Source of the DNA: Babesia bigemina
Taxonomy: Eukaryota
Reading direction: 5' to 3'
NCBI RefSeq assembly: GCF_000981445.1
Contig: NC_027216.1
Coordinates: 1,922,001-1,986,000, forward strand
DNA length: 64,000 bases
The translations under genes were made by a program, and so were the position numbers. How positions within the stretch are numbered: position 1 is the first letter of the stretch; every line of letters starts with the position of its first letter. Below the pieces are notes generated by a model. The model saw only the letters and a program-made list of their open reading frames with translations, ran no database searches and was not told where the DNA came from. Below are positions 13,640 through 25,640 of the stretch, piece by piece.

Positions 13640-16600
13640 ATGGCAAGCCTAAATGGGCGACGGAAAACGATACCACGACGGCTGCTGCCGTTATGCGCCC
13701 TAATGTTGCCGGTCTTGGCGACACTGGCGGCGGCGAACGACGTGCTGGACGAGGCTTATGCTGTGTCTTTGAATGCAAGTAACGCTTTCGGTGCCATAGA
13801 AGGCATGTACATAGCTGACTCAGACTTCAAGTTTGACCAGAACGTTCACGAATACAAGGTCAAGGTTGACAGCTGCTGTGACTATATCGAGCTGCTGTTC
13901 CGTGTGAACTCGTGGACACGAGCTCGGTATGCTACCGAAAAAAGTGATGTGGCGCAGAATGAGCGTTCCGGTGGCAGTGAGGGCGCCACATCATTGATAG
14001 ACAGGATCGGCGCAAGTGTTTGGGCACTGTTCGGAAAACAGACGAGCCATGAGGGAGACGAGGGAATGTCAGTGCCCCAGGTTGATGAAAATGCGTCAAA
14101 AGAGGAAGATGTAGCGCCGCCGGTGAAGGATATGGGCGCGGTCGTTGGGGGAACGGACGACTTGGACGAGGTCGAAGTTCGTATCGCCATCAACGGCCAA
14201 CAGATAGATCCCGCGGATGATGGGTATGTGATGATACCCATACGCTGTGGCACTACGAGCAATTTCTCTGTGGAGGTGACCTCGTTACGGGAATACCAGC
14301 CTGCGCAAACAGCCCACTACTTCCTTGCCGTTGAGGTACCAGGCGGGGGAAAAAACTATCTTGAAGCGCTGGAAATCACCCGAAGCGACGGCGCCCAGGC
14401 ACGAGTGTACCCTGCACTATCCAAAGCGTACCGGTCTTACACGGTCACAGGGAGTCACTTGCAGGGGGACCAGTTCACGATATACGCCGAGTGCAGGTAC
14501 GGCCTTCCCTCCATTGATGGCCAGGAGGCAGCTAGCAATGTGGCCACGATCGAGTTGAAGGACGAACACGTCAACAGATACGTGAAAATCACATGCGGAG
14601 AAGTACATAAGGATGAGGGGGATGAAGTTGTCGAGGAGACCGTGCACACCGTCACGTTCGCCACGTTCGCGGGAGAAGGCGTTCCACCGCCGATTACAAT
14701 ACTGCCGCTCTTTGACTCGAAGAAGTGCGAAGCTATGGCAGACACGCCCGATGGTAACGGGTTGATTGTGTGCGCGGACTCGACCCACCGATTCTCCCCC
14801 TTGATCGTAGAGACTGACCCCAATTACACATACGTTATACCCACGTCGTATGTGGTAGATGGCTACGTCAAGGAAGTTCACGAGCACGATGAGGTTGGTG
14901 GTATATGACGCTTTATGTGCGAAATGAGTGGCATTGCGTACGGTGCTTTCAATCCAATGCACAAGTGCATGAGTACATGGTCAAAATTTTCCTCACGGTA
15001 GATCCAACGCCCGTTCAGGAATTCATCAGAGTGCGGACTGGCGTAGTCACTCCAGTGTTCGATATGTCCGAAGGCATAGTTATTCACGGCATGAGCGACC
15101 ATGAGTTCAAGACGTTCGTCGTGACATCTAGGGCGGCGGGGAAGCGTGCCACGGACATGCAGCAGACAATAGTCGCAGCGCTCATAGTGGTAGCTTACTG
15201 GGCCAGCATTCTGACCACGGTACTGCCGCATATCGTGAGGGTCCAATTTGGCGTCATATTCGAGACGGTGCCTGTCACGGGAGAACCGCTCCTCTACCTG
15301 GCCCAAGTCATTTGTGCAGGAGCCGACGAAAAGACGAGCAAAATATGCAGCCGCTTCATCATGTTGCCGAGCAAGAGATATAGCACCAAGTCGCCATTAC
15401 AGATGCTGTTCCAGTTCTATGTGAGTGGCCCTGAATGTGAAACACTTATCTGCCGTAGGGGTGCATCGCGGTTCTATTACTGCTGTTGTTAGTGGCAATG
15501 GCCGTGCGAAAAGAAGCGACGGATGGCATTGGATCCCACGCTTTGTTGCAGTACATACCATCTTACGAGTTCAGAAGACTTTTCGCCTTCCCGTGGGTGC
15601 TCCTATCTGCAATGGCAGCGGCGGTAAGCACAACGCAGCCGTCATTCCATATGTATCAGGGGCCATTCACAACAACAATCGATGAACCAGCGTTGGAAAT
15701 AGCGGTCATAAACAAGCCTATCAAAGACGGTTTCATGGCCAAAACGGCCGTATCGATGACGGAGTTTCTCCGACTCTACTGCTCCATCCCTCTGGCCATT
15801 GTCGCCCTCATCGCCATGAAACGCTACATAGGGAGTATCGTCAGCCGGTTTGTATTGACGCGGCGGAACATCGAAGAGGGGCGCTACTTTTGGGTAAAGA
15901 ATACGGACGTGTTCGACCAGCATGCCCAACGAAAGTACTCCTACTACGAGGGTAGCGACACGGACCAGGTGGTTTCCGACGTGAAAGCGTATCAGGCATA
16001 CAAAACCGATGGTTTCTGGACAAATCGCAGTTGTTACCTCCTATCTACGCAGTTATGCAATACGTACGTTCTTAACATCCCATGTTACAGCGATGTCAGA
16101 TTCACCACGCAGATGTTCCCCGCGGTGAATCGCCGGTTCTGCGTATTGACCGCCGAAATTAAGGAGGTTGACCTCTACGAGACCGATATGCCGTTGGAAG
16201 GTGAATACTCGCCGGTGTCACACACGGATTACGACATACTGAACGAAACCACAGCTTCCCTCGAGTTGAACGTTCCCGATGTGGTGGACGTATACCCGTG
16301 GGATGGTCCCACGCCAAACACGGCTTCGTCGGCAGTGCAGCCAGCCAATCCATCCGTAGTAAAGAAGCGCGCATCGCCGCAAAAGTATCAAAACGTGTCA
16401 CCATATGGAGGGCTCGATGGAGAGACGCCTTTGTGGGTGCAGCTGGACTACATCATGAGGATAGACCCCAGGTTCTGGAACAAGGTCATTGCCGCAGTGG
16501 ACGCACGGCATATCACGTATTTCATCACATACAACCTCGTCAAGAACACTGCGAGATTCTCCCAGGATGTTATTTTCAACGGCGTTTCGAAGATGAGGAC

Positions 16601-17643
16601 CGTAGTGCAGTCCAGGGTTAACCAGCTGCGGGTGCGTTCCTCCGACAGGTTGTAAATGCTGGTTCAGGCGGACGACAGTGACAGCATTGGCATATTCCAC
16701 AGGAATATGCGCCAGCCGTTGATAGGCGAAGCTTACGCGGCGCTGAAGGTGTTTGACGGGTTATGCGCCGCCGCAGGTCTCCTGTCGGGTCAGAAGGTAG
16801 CGGCACTACTAGCCTACATACAGATCGCAATACACGGAGCAGCCGCGACGGTCTGCTTAGGTGGGTATATCAGTAATGTGCGAAACAATAAATCTCAGTG
16901 GCGCGACCATACGTAAGCAGGGCGGATAACTACTTTTCATTAGTCTGTATGTTGTTGGGGCTGTCTTTCACGACGCTGGCCACGCTCGAGAACACTAACT
17001 CGAAGTGGATTCTGGCGCAGAACATCATATTGGGTATCGCAATCGCATATGCCACGTTGTCCACTCTCGCCTTTGTGGTTGACACTGCTGCAATATTTTG
17101 GTTCGAACAAGAGTGGGTTTGCGCTACTAAGTTACGACATATGCTGCAGCACCGACGTTCCGTATTCTAACGTGCAAGTGGTTGTCAAGGACGCGAACGC
17201 CAAGGTGGTGGACGTTATTCCGGCCGACTGCCGCAAACCAATAGACGTGGCTTTGGTCACAATTAACAACGAGCAGGTCACTTTGATGAGGAGCCATGAG
17301 GCATACAGGACGCCGACGATTGCCGTTTCGCTGGAGCATGTGGAGTATTCGAGTTGGTACGTGCCCTACATCACGATCGCATACTTGTCCAACGCGGCGG
17401 ATGCAGACGCAATAAACCAGAGGTAGGTCAATCCACGCGGTACTGATGACGTATGAACGCAGCCAAGCGAATCGGAGGTTCCTCAAGGCGCACCTGTTGA
17501 GCAGGTTCAGCCCCCGTATAGCTCACTCGCTTGCCAGGTGTGTACTCCCGTCCACATTATGCCCAATGGTGCTTAGGAAGATTGTCAACCACGTCGCTGA
17601 CAACCCGCAATACCAGTGCTTCTGCTTCTACGTCGCAGTGTGA
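13640..17643 (+). CDS. Large multi-exon membrane protein: signal peptide, cadherin-like beta-sandwich repeats, multiple TM segments
   Basis: N-terminal hydrophobic leader (LLPLCALMLPVLATLAAA); repeats FKFDQNVHEYKVKV and VYPALSKAYRSYTVTG; hydrophobic helices in the 15.2-15.8 kb and 16.7-17.1 kb ORFs. Consecutive + strand ORFs can be linked by GT-AG introns; the joins near the 3' end were checked for frame. Confidence 0.65.
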
Positions 17644-19439
17644 GAAGGTTCGAGGACTGCTAGGTGCAGCTGGCGCTTCCCGAACTGCAGGGCGACGTAC
17701 TTCATGACACGGCCGTCAGTCGAAGACAAGTGCAGCAGGTCGTCGTTCGTTATGAGGCGATCCACTCGCGTCTCAACTTTACCGTTAATACGACACGTGC
17801 CCTCGCGAATTGCTCGCCGGTTGCTGTAGAATAGCCCTGACGTCAGTTGCGGCGTGCGAACTCTGTCCAACAGGTCGCCGAATGGAACACCGGTCTCCAG
17901 CTCACCGGCTTTGAGGAACACTCGCGGCACGCAACTGGCAAACCTGACGAACGAGTCATATTCCGCAGGGTCGCACCCATCGGTAGACTGCTGTGTTTCT
18001 GCCATGTCACCGGAGAGCCAATGCTTGTGGAGTGCCTCCTTGTACTGGTCGCCGTATATTGCCGCGGTCAACTCGTCCGCCAGGAGCACCTGAACACGTT
18101 GTATGATCGGCTATTATGCCATACCTTCGCCTGGTTGACGTGTGTGGCGAGAGTGTCGTTGATTGTCGCGAGTGGAACCTGCGTGAGCCACCTTAGGTAG
18201 TCATGCACCACCTCGTCATCGACGTTCCTGAAATGCGACCACAACGTCAAAGCAGGGGTTTCCGCGGTAATAGCCAGTAGGCACTCTGCGCTTGATTTGC
18301 TGACCTTTTCTCCTTTTCGTGTCTGCAGTAACGGTGTGGTCACGCCCAGCAGCGGTTTGCTCAGCTCGCTCAGGCTACTCGCCAAGTCAACGCCGGACAT
18401 TATGTTGCCCATCTGGTCGCTACCCCCGAGTTGTATGACCGCGTTAAACTTTGAGGCGACGTGCACGAAGTCCGCAGCCTGCAGGGCCATGTACATGAAT
18501 TCGCCCAGGTCCATGTTGGCCTTGCGGAGCGGAAAGCCGCCTCTGCCGTCGTCTAGCACCAGCCTGGACTTTATGCTTTCACGCGACAACATCCTCCCAA
18601 CGCTCATGTTACGTGCGACGGTATTGAGGAACTCGGTGAGGGTGACGCTGTCGTAGAGGTCGCGGTTGTTCACCACAACCACGTTGTGTCGGCTCGACCT
18701 CATACGTGCGATATCTGCTTCGCCCATCTGCGATGCGAATGACAGGCTTGGACACAACCTATCTCCTCCATCAGTAACGATTTCGCGTGTTAATAACTTC
18801 TTGACTGCATTGAGAATGCCGTCGTAGTTTTCTTTGGAGACCGACGGGCATGTTGCCACCGAACCGAGAATGGCATTGTTGGAGACCCTATCCCCGCATG
18901 TAGCCGCAATTGTAGCTTTCGTACGCTTTGTTTTGAACGACGGATCACCCACTGGAGTGGTGCCACCCCCGAGCACAATTACCACGTTGAGCCCATGTGC
19001 CAAGAACCGACGGAGCAGCAGCAGCTGCAGCAGCGTGCCCTCGTGGATAAAGTCTGCAGTTAGGTCAATACCTGAAGACGGTTCAGACGCATGGTTTGAT
19101 CATTTTACCGTAATATATGGCCGGTACTTGCCCGCTAGCTGCTTCAGGCGCAGACTCATGCAAGCAAAGAAGCTCGTCCAGTTTAGACAGGTCAGTGGCC
19201 TGTGCCACTACTCCGCGATCGATAAGTTCCGCCAGGAACGGCGACGATACAGTCTTTCCTTGTAGGCTGAAGACGCTCTCTGGGTGTTCAATTCGAGCGT
19301 CCTGGCCACCCTGGTCGACCCGCGTGGCGGCACGAAAGTCGCGAACATTTGACCAATGACGCTTATGCGATACGATTCGGAACGACCACGATGCTAGGAT
19401 AGGGCAAAGAAGCAGCGCCAATGCGATAAGTGACGACAT
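17628..19439 (-). CDS. TyrRS: Tyrosyl-tRNA synthetase, bacterial type, probably apicoplast-targeted
   Basis: Leader MSSLIALALLLCPILAS followed by a basic stretch; YYG|IDLTADFIHEGT; VLGGGTTPVGDPSFK; EFMYMALQAADF; QLGGSDQMGNI; GEKVSKS; C-terminal S4-like domain. Confidence 0.92.
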
Positions 19440-20322
19440 GGAAGGGGAAGGACTGAAGGCCAACGACGTCAGCGGCTCAGTGGCCGCTTGCCGCATGGTA
19501 CGCCACCTTTCAATGCATCTTCCAATTACGTACGTCTAGTGCTGGATGGCCGTTATTCCGGCTACATCTTATCAAGTGAGATGCAGGGTGTAATGGCGGC
19601 AGGGAGGAAACTCGCCAACGCACCGCGGCACTAGTACACCAAAATTTGCGATTTTACACATCTATTGTGCTTCTTTCAACGCATAGGTAGACACTCAATT
19701 CAAGCGTTGGCAACCATGAAGGCACCAAGGTGGACGAAGAGCCATCGACGGCGAACCACGGAAACCTATTGACACATCGAGCACATGATAAGAGATTCAG
19801 TGAAACACAACGGTGCCTGCGGTAAAATAGGGATAGGTGCTAGAAAAATGAAGATTGGCATCGTTCGGCAAGGCGCCAACACATGCCGCAAATTGGCGAT
19901 TATGACGCAGGCATAAAGACACGAAATCCACTCCATTGCAAAGTGTGTAAAGCGTGCATCTTCTAAAAGAAGTGCCTTACCGGCGCACAGCGGCACAGCC
20001 GAGCTCTTCGAACTGTGTAGGGTTCGGTAGGGTGTCGCGACCGATGCGCCCTGGCGCCAGCCGGCTCCTACCATTACACATCTCTTGGTAACCTCCAGCG
20101 AGGAGTTTACAAACCGGTCAGCACGTTCTGCCGCGACGCACTCTGGCGGTAAGTGGTTACCTGCGTGTGCGTGTGGTTGGATAGCGCGGCGATCCGTTAT
20201 CGCGGCCAATTCGCGTAATGCGTCGCGCACATCCGCGCCTAAATTAGCACCGAACCTTGGCAGTGTGTAAACTTTCATTGGTGAATGCCCGAGCTCACAG
20301 AAGCGCAGCAATCGTTGCCGAA

Positions 20323-21321
20323 ATGACGGAGCTCCCGATGCAAGAAATGTCTCACATGGCTGCTTACGAGCAGTACCCCTACGAGGGGCAGCCGCAGGAC
20401 CAGTATGGCATGCAATACAGCCACACTGGACAGATGGAAGCCGACTATGTCATGGAGAACGAGATCGTCAGCCCACGTGGCGAGCAGCACACACCCATGG
20501 TCGGCTTTTTCAGCTCCAAACTCCTGCGCACCGGAATCACCTTCCAGTGCACCGCGCTCACCCTCATGTTCATCTTCTACTGGGCCTTTGGCGGCAACGG
20601 CATCTTCGTCTTCGACCTCTACGCCGCACCAGAGAGTGTGAAGATCTCCAGGCCCTTCCACCTCACCGTGTCCTCCCTGATGGCGCTCTACTTGCTGGGA
20701 ACCTTCTACGTCGCCATGTTCCAGGTCTTCGTGTCCGACAACTCAAAGGCCGTACGTGGATTCAGGGCCGGCTCCAAGATCCTCAGCGCCGCCGTGACGC
20801 TTGACCTCATCTCCTCCATGCTGAGGCTGGTGCAGTACATCTACGCGTACTTCTACATGAGCATGAAGTGGTGGACGCGTTACCAGCAGACCAAGGCCGA
20901 CTGGATCTTCTTCCAGTTCGGCAGCTTCACCAACAGCTTCGCCCTTGTGATGTACGGTGCGGCCTTCTTCTACCTCGAGGCCTACCACGACGAGGGCACC
21001 TCAGAGGAGATTGCGTGGACCAACCTGGTGCTCTTCTGCCTCGCCGGACTCACGGAGCTGCTCATGGTCTTCACTGGCTACGGCGCCCTCTTCAGCCTCT
21101 TCCTGCTCGCCGCCATCATGAGCGCCACCGTATGGAGCTTCAGCTTCGAGCCGCTGCTCGAGAAGTGGGCGCCCTCGCTGCACTCGCGTGACGTGAACGC
21201 CGACTTCGCCGATGACGCCTACGAACACGGCTACGAGACGGCCTCGTACGTCCATGAGCAGCCTGCTTACTCCCAGGTGCCCTCCCAAATGGATGGGGGA
21301 GCGTACTACCAGGCTGAGTAA
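20323..21321 (+). CDS. GAPM2: Glideosome-associated protein with multiple membrane spans, GAPM2
   Basis: Multi-TM apicomplexan IMC protein with FFSSKLLRTG, FYWAFGGNGIFVFDLYA, RGFRAGSKILSAAVTLD and FFYLEAYHDEGT. Single exon. Confidence 0.9.
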   Translation: MTELPMQEMSHMAAYEQYPYEGQPQDQYGMQYSHTGQMEADYVMENEIVSPRGEQHTPMVGFFSSKLLRTGITFQCTALTLMFIFYWAFGGNGIFVFDLYAAPESVKISRPFHLTVSSLMALYLLGTFYVAMFQVFVSDNSKAVRGFRAGSKILSAAVTLDLISSMLRLVQYIYAYFYMSMKWWTRYQQTKADWIFFQFGSFTNSFALVMYGAAFFYLEAYHDEGTSEEIAWTNLVLFCLAGLTELLMVFTGYGALFSLFLLAAIMSATVWSFSFEPLLEKWAPSLHSRDVNADFADDAYEHGYETASYVHEQPAYSQVPSQMDGGAYYQAE

Positions 21322-21517
21322 GAGTATTGCCGTGTCGCTTCGCCACGTCGCTCATTTGAGGAATCCAACGGGCGCACCCCGCCCGGCGGATTCGCTTAAA
21401 TCATCAAACCCCTAAACAAACACACTTGACAAGGGGCCCGCATGCGGCGGCCCTGAACTACGATGTCCATAATGTAATGTTATACAGACCCTTTCATGTC
21501 TAGTGCGATTTGCTTGC

Positions 21518-21690
21518 GTTGAGGGGTTGCGTGATTCACTGATGATTACGGTTTCTGCGATTCACTGATGTTGAGGGGTAGCGTGATGAGAGTCACTGAT
21601 GTTGAGGGGTTGCGTGATTCACTGATGTTGAGGGGTAGCGTGATGAGAGTCACTGATGTTGATGGGTAGTGTGATTCACTGATGCTGAGG
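21518..21690. repeat. Minisatellite: six units of 26/31 bp plus a partial unit
   Basis: Unit gttgaggggt(t/a)gcgtgat(t|gagagt)cactgat. Unit lengths 26,26,31,26,31,26; the second unit is divergent. Confidence 0.9.
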
Positions 21691-21835
21691 AGGTGTGTCA
21701 TGCGCTGCTATCCGAAGTTTCCGCGGCGCCGTACATTGCAAAGTGGCAAGCGGTCAAGGTGGGAAGTTAATGTTCGCTGCTGCTTAAACCACACTAACAT
21801 TAAATATTAAAGTTGTTACAGACGTGCGCGGGCCT

Positions 21836-24628
21836 CTACAGGAAGTCCCTGTCGACCGGGTGGCCCAGGAAGACCTCACGTTTAGCGCAAGCGCCGGAGC
21901 CTGCTCGGACCGGCATCTGGCCTTGGAGCTTAGTGCTGCACAGGAGCTCCACCAGCGAGCGCCATATGGGCGACAGCGGGCCGAAGGCGGCTTCCGCACT
22001 GTTGGCGTAAGGGATCTTGGGGTCAGAGTGTTTGTTCATGTAGCGCGTCAGGGTGCCAGCGCACTGCAGAAGCACCGACTGCCGCAGGTCGTCCACCCTA
22101 TGAAGGTCAGCAGCGGGCGCGTGGAGCCGTAGCATGCAGGCAAGTGTGCACCGTTTGGTGGGCAAGGTTCCGCTGCGTTGCAGTTCCGCTGTATCGTGGC
22201 CTTGTGCTTTGGTCAGGTCGCAGTCCTTGCCGCCGCCTCTCGTCACGTCGTCGCTTTCGCAGACCATCTCTATGGGGTTGCTCCTCGAGACGCCACCCCG
22301 GATGTACACGTAGTCGTTTGCGGCCACTCGCGAGTGGTTGATGAACTCCTCACCGGCGCGGACCTTTGCCTCCAGCTCGTCCGCAGTCGTGAAGATGCAC
22401 TTCACCGGACGCATGCTGACGCGCCTCAGACGGAACCGCAGTGGCGTGAGCGCCATGTGGCCCAAGAAGTCGACGCTGCACTGCACGGAATATGGCGTCA
22501 TTGTGCGGCACCAGCCGCTGCACGTGTTGCCACCGTGCTTGGCGTCGCCCAGCGGCGCAACCACCGGCCGAAGGGGGACGCCGTGCTCGTCGTCACGAAT
22601 GAACGGGGCACTTGCGTAGTGCCACGCTAGCGCCAGTATCCGCCTCAGGATGGTGGAGCGCACCGGGGAGAAGTCGTTCAAGCCAAGCAGGTCGTCGCGG
22701 GACAGCATGTCCCCGTCAACCGCGGACTTCAGCAGGCCCAGCACCTCCTCCTGCAGCGGGTACACTTCCCTTTCCGCGAACGTGTCGATGCTCAGACGCT
22801 GCAAACCGCACTGCGCGTGGGGGAGGAGGATGAAGTAGCTCCCCAAAAAGTATTCAGGGTTTCTGACGCACGTGCTCAAAAACTCGGGAGCTAGGAAGAA
22901 CGACAGCCCCGTCACCAGCAAAAACACCTGTCGAAGCAATTCCTCGTCGCAATCCTGAGCAGATTGGGCTACGCTGTTGGCGCACAGCTCCTCGTTTAGA
23001 CGCCGGCAGCACCCGCGCAGGCTCAGGCGGGTTGTTGCGATGCACAGACGCAGGAGTGCCACGAGCTCGGCACGCAGCCGGTACACGGGCGGAGGCGGGA
23101 ACAGGTACAAACGCACCCACTGCATGTAGTCGAAATCCACGAGCGACGTGTGCACGCACGTGAACTGCCCAATCAGCGGGATCACCAGCTCGTGGACCTG
23201 CTTTATCGACAGCAGGGGCAGGTACACGAACCTCTTCAGACGCTGGCCAATGGCGCGCGCAGGCAAGCCGCCATCACACGACAGCAGTACCCACTCCATG
23301 CACTTCTCGCCGATAAGGCGGGTCAGCGCGAAGAGCCGGTGCAGCAGCGTCGCCGTCATCGCAGACTTGGCGTGCCGAGTCTCCAGCTCCTTCTCGCCAG
23401 TTAGCAGGTAGAAGGGCGTAACACCCCCGCAGGAGGCATCGCGGTAAATTTCGGGCAGAGAGAACTGACGCTCAGTCCATACGTATTTCAGAAAGCAGCT
23501 TATCAGCGTTATCAGCCTCTTGAAGTAGCAGCGCTTCCTCACGCCTTCGCCGCCGCCTGTCCTGGGCCCTATGAGCAGGAAGATGAGCTCAGGCATCAGA
23601 CGCAGTAGGCTGGTGAGCAGATCGGTCGCGTAAGCGTATCGCGCCCCCAGACGGCAGCCCTCCAGCCCGCAGAGCAGCTGGTCTAAGAACACGAAAAACG
23701 GGTCGAATCCCCGCTTCCTCAATAAAGCGACCATCTCGGACTCCTTACGCTTGTAACCGGGGCAATGTTGCGCATTTCGCGCCGCAGCGTTGTGCGACCT
23801 TTGGTACCGTGGTGGCAACCGCGCCTGCCTCTTTGCAGTGGTGCCCGACACGGGCAGCGCCGGCTCCGCAGGGTCGGACGGAGAGGCTGCGCTAAGGGGC
23901 GCCGAGGCCGACGAATCGCTGAACAGCGAACCAGTGGGCGCAGTGGCAGTTGACATGTGCATTTGCGAGTCTCCGGGGATATTCGCAGTGCTCGGCGCAA
24001 ATGGCGCCGCGGCTGCCGCCACCTCCTCGACCAGCGCGCCCACCCATGGCGACTCCGCGCTGGTCGCGTAGTCCATCAGCTGCTGGAAGTCCCTGTCCAC
24101 GCCGCACTGCAGCGTGCTGAGCCGCTCGTTGTCCACGCACTCGTACCCGCCGAACAGCTCCTTCCATAGCAGCTTGTAGCTGCGCACCAGGTTAGCCAGG
24201 GACACCTGCAGAGCCGTTCCGTTGCTGCCCGAATAAGCTGCAGCGTGCGACTGGGGCATGTACGGAGTACCGCTCGTCCTGCTGCGAGCGTGCTTGTTAG
24301 AGTGCGCCGGCGACCTGCCCAGCGCATAGTCCATGACAGGCCTCAGGTTGCGGTCGACCAGGTAGTCGAAGTGCCTCTCGAAATGCCACCAGCACCGTGG
24401 CTCGCGATACTCCTTATCAGCCTTTACTGCGCCTGCCGTGGCGTCGTTTGGAATGCCCAGGTCTACCGGCAGCGGCAGGAAGCCGTCGCAGGAGGATGAG
24501 CGGGATGAGCAGCTGGACTCACTCAGCGCCGCCCAGCGGCCATCACGAGTGGAGCCATCGTCGGCAGCTGCGTCAGACACCTTGAACGACGTGGCGCCCA
24601 GCAGCTGCGCAAGGGCGGCGGGATCCAT
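21836..24628 (-). CDS. Hypothetical protein (930 aa)
   Basis: Uninterrupted 2.8-kb ORF with ATG and coding-like codon use. No family recognised. Confidence 0.8.
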   Translation of the reverse strand: MDPAALAQLLGATSFKVSDAAADDGSTRDGRWAALSESSCSSRSSSCDGFLPLPVDLGIPNDATAGAVKADKEYREPRCWWHFERHFDYLVDRNLRPVMDYALGRSPAHSNKHARSRTSGTPYMPQSHAAAYSGSNGTALQVSLANLVRSYKLLWKELFGGYECVDNERLSTLQCGVDRDFQQLMDYATSAESPWVGALVEEVAAAAAPFAPSTANIPGDSQMHMSTATAPTGSLFSDSSASAPLSAASPSDPAEPALPVSGTTAKRQARLPPRYQRSHNAAARNAQHCPGYKRKESEMVALLRKRGFDPFFVFLDQLLCGLEGCRLGARYAYATDLLTSLLRLMPELIFLLIGPRTGGGEGVRKRCYFKRLITLISCFLKYVWTERQFSLPEIYRDASCGGVTPFYLLTGEKELETRHAKSAMTATLLHRLFALTRLIGEKCMEWVLLSCDGGLPARAIGQRLKRFVYLPLLSIKQVHELVIPLIGQFTCVHTSLVDFDYMQWVRLYLFPPPPVYRLRAELVALLRLCIATTRLSLRGCCRRLNEELCANSVAQSAQDCDEELLRQVFLLVTGLSFFLAPEFLSTCVRNPEYFLGSYFILLPHAQCGLQRLSIDTFAEREVYPLQEEVLGLLKSAVDGDMLSRDDLLGLNDFSPVRSTILRRILALAWHYASAPFIRDDEHGVPLRPVVAPLGDAKHGGNTCSGWCRTMTPYSVQCSVDFLGHMALTPLRFRLRRVSMRPVKCIFTTADELEAKVRAGEEFINHSRVAANDYVYIRGGVSRSNPIEMVCESDDVTRGGGKDCDLTKAQGHDTAELQRSGTLPTKRCTLACMLRLHAPAADLHRVDDLRQSVLLQCAGTLTRYMNKHSDPKIPYANSAEAAFGPLSPIWRSLVELLCSTKLQGQMPVRAGSGACAKREVFLGHPVDRDFL

Positions 24629-24875
24629 GTCCCTCAGCTGTCCGCTTCAACTGCGCGACACGTTGTCGTTGCGACAACGCGCAACAGTCTCGGCTTTACC
24701 AAGTGCCAGGCCTGAATATGCGATGGCGAAGCCCACATGTGCGGTTTGTTACGTGGAATCTCGCGCAGACTGGGGTGAACCGGGCACACCCCTCGGGATT
24801 CCGTGCCACGATGGCGTATGGGCGCCTTACACACCAGCCTACCTAGGGCACTGAAATACAAACAACATCGCAAAA

Positions 24876-25352
24876 ATGATAGAATTCGTGCTTATGATAA
24901 ACAGGCAGGGCCAAACGAGGCTCAGCCGGTACTACAAGGACCTGTCTGTGGCCGAAAAGTGCGCGCTCGAAGGGGAGATCATCCGCAAGTGCATCTGCCG
25001 CGACGAGACACAGTCCTCGTTCATGCAGATTCGACAGCACAAGATCGTATATCGCAGGTGAGTCGCGCCCGGACCGCCCCTAAGCCGTGCCAGGTACGCC
25101 AGCCTCTACATCGTCATCGGTGCCACGGAGAGCGAAAACGAGCTCGCGCTGCTCGAGCTCATACACCACCTGGTGGAGACCATGGACTCCTACTTCGAGT
25201 CAGTCTGCGAGCTGGACATCATGTTCAACCTCGAGAAGGCGCATTACATCCTCAACGAGATGATCGCAAACGGCAGGATCCTTGACGCCAACCGTTCGCA
25301 CATCCTGCAGCCGATGCACCTGCTGGACAAGGCTCCGCAAAGCGGACTGTAA
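24876..25352 (+). CDS. AP4S: Adaptor complex AP-4 sigma subunit
   Basis: MIEFVLMINRQGQTRLSRYY...HKIVYRR|YASLYIVIG...YFESVCELDIMFNLEKAHYILNEMIANG. Intron 25058-25093; stop TAA at 25350-25352. Confidence 0.9.
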
Positions 25353-25640
25353 CATCACACGCGCTGTTAAAGTGCTACTTTTTAGTGTCTAAACCGATGC
25401 GAGTCCACCTTTTACGATTGGGAGGCACATGCGTTGTGCGTCCGGTAGGCGGAGCGCCTCGACGGCATGTCCACAGTGTGCCAGACGCCTGGCTTACATC
25501 CAGTTGTGCTCCTGATGAGCGTGCTCGACTCAGCAAGCGGGGTGTCCGTTGGCCTGCGGTGCAGCAGGTCGGAACCCGGTGTCAACACGGGCCAGGGTGA
25601 AGGCAACCCTCAGGCCGGCACGCCATGTCCAGTGCGATCC

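Noticed and set aside
21406..21417. aaaccctaaac, telomere-like
   Set aside because: Only about one and a half units; expected by chance.
21518..21690. CRISPR-like look of the minisatellite
   Set aside because: Head-to-tail units with no unique spacers.
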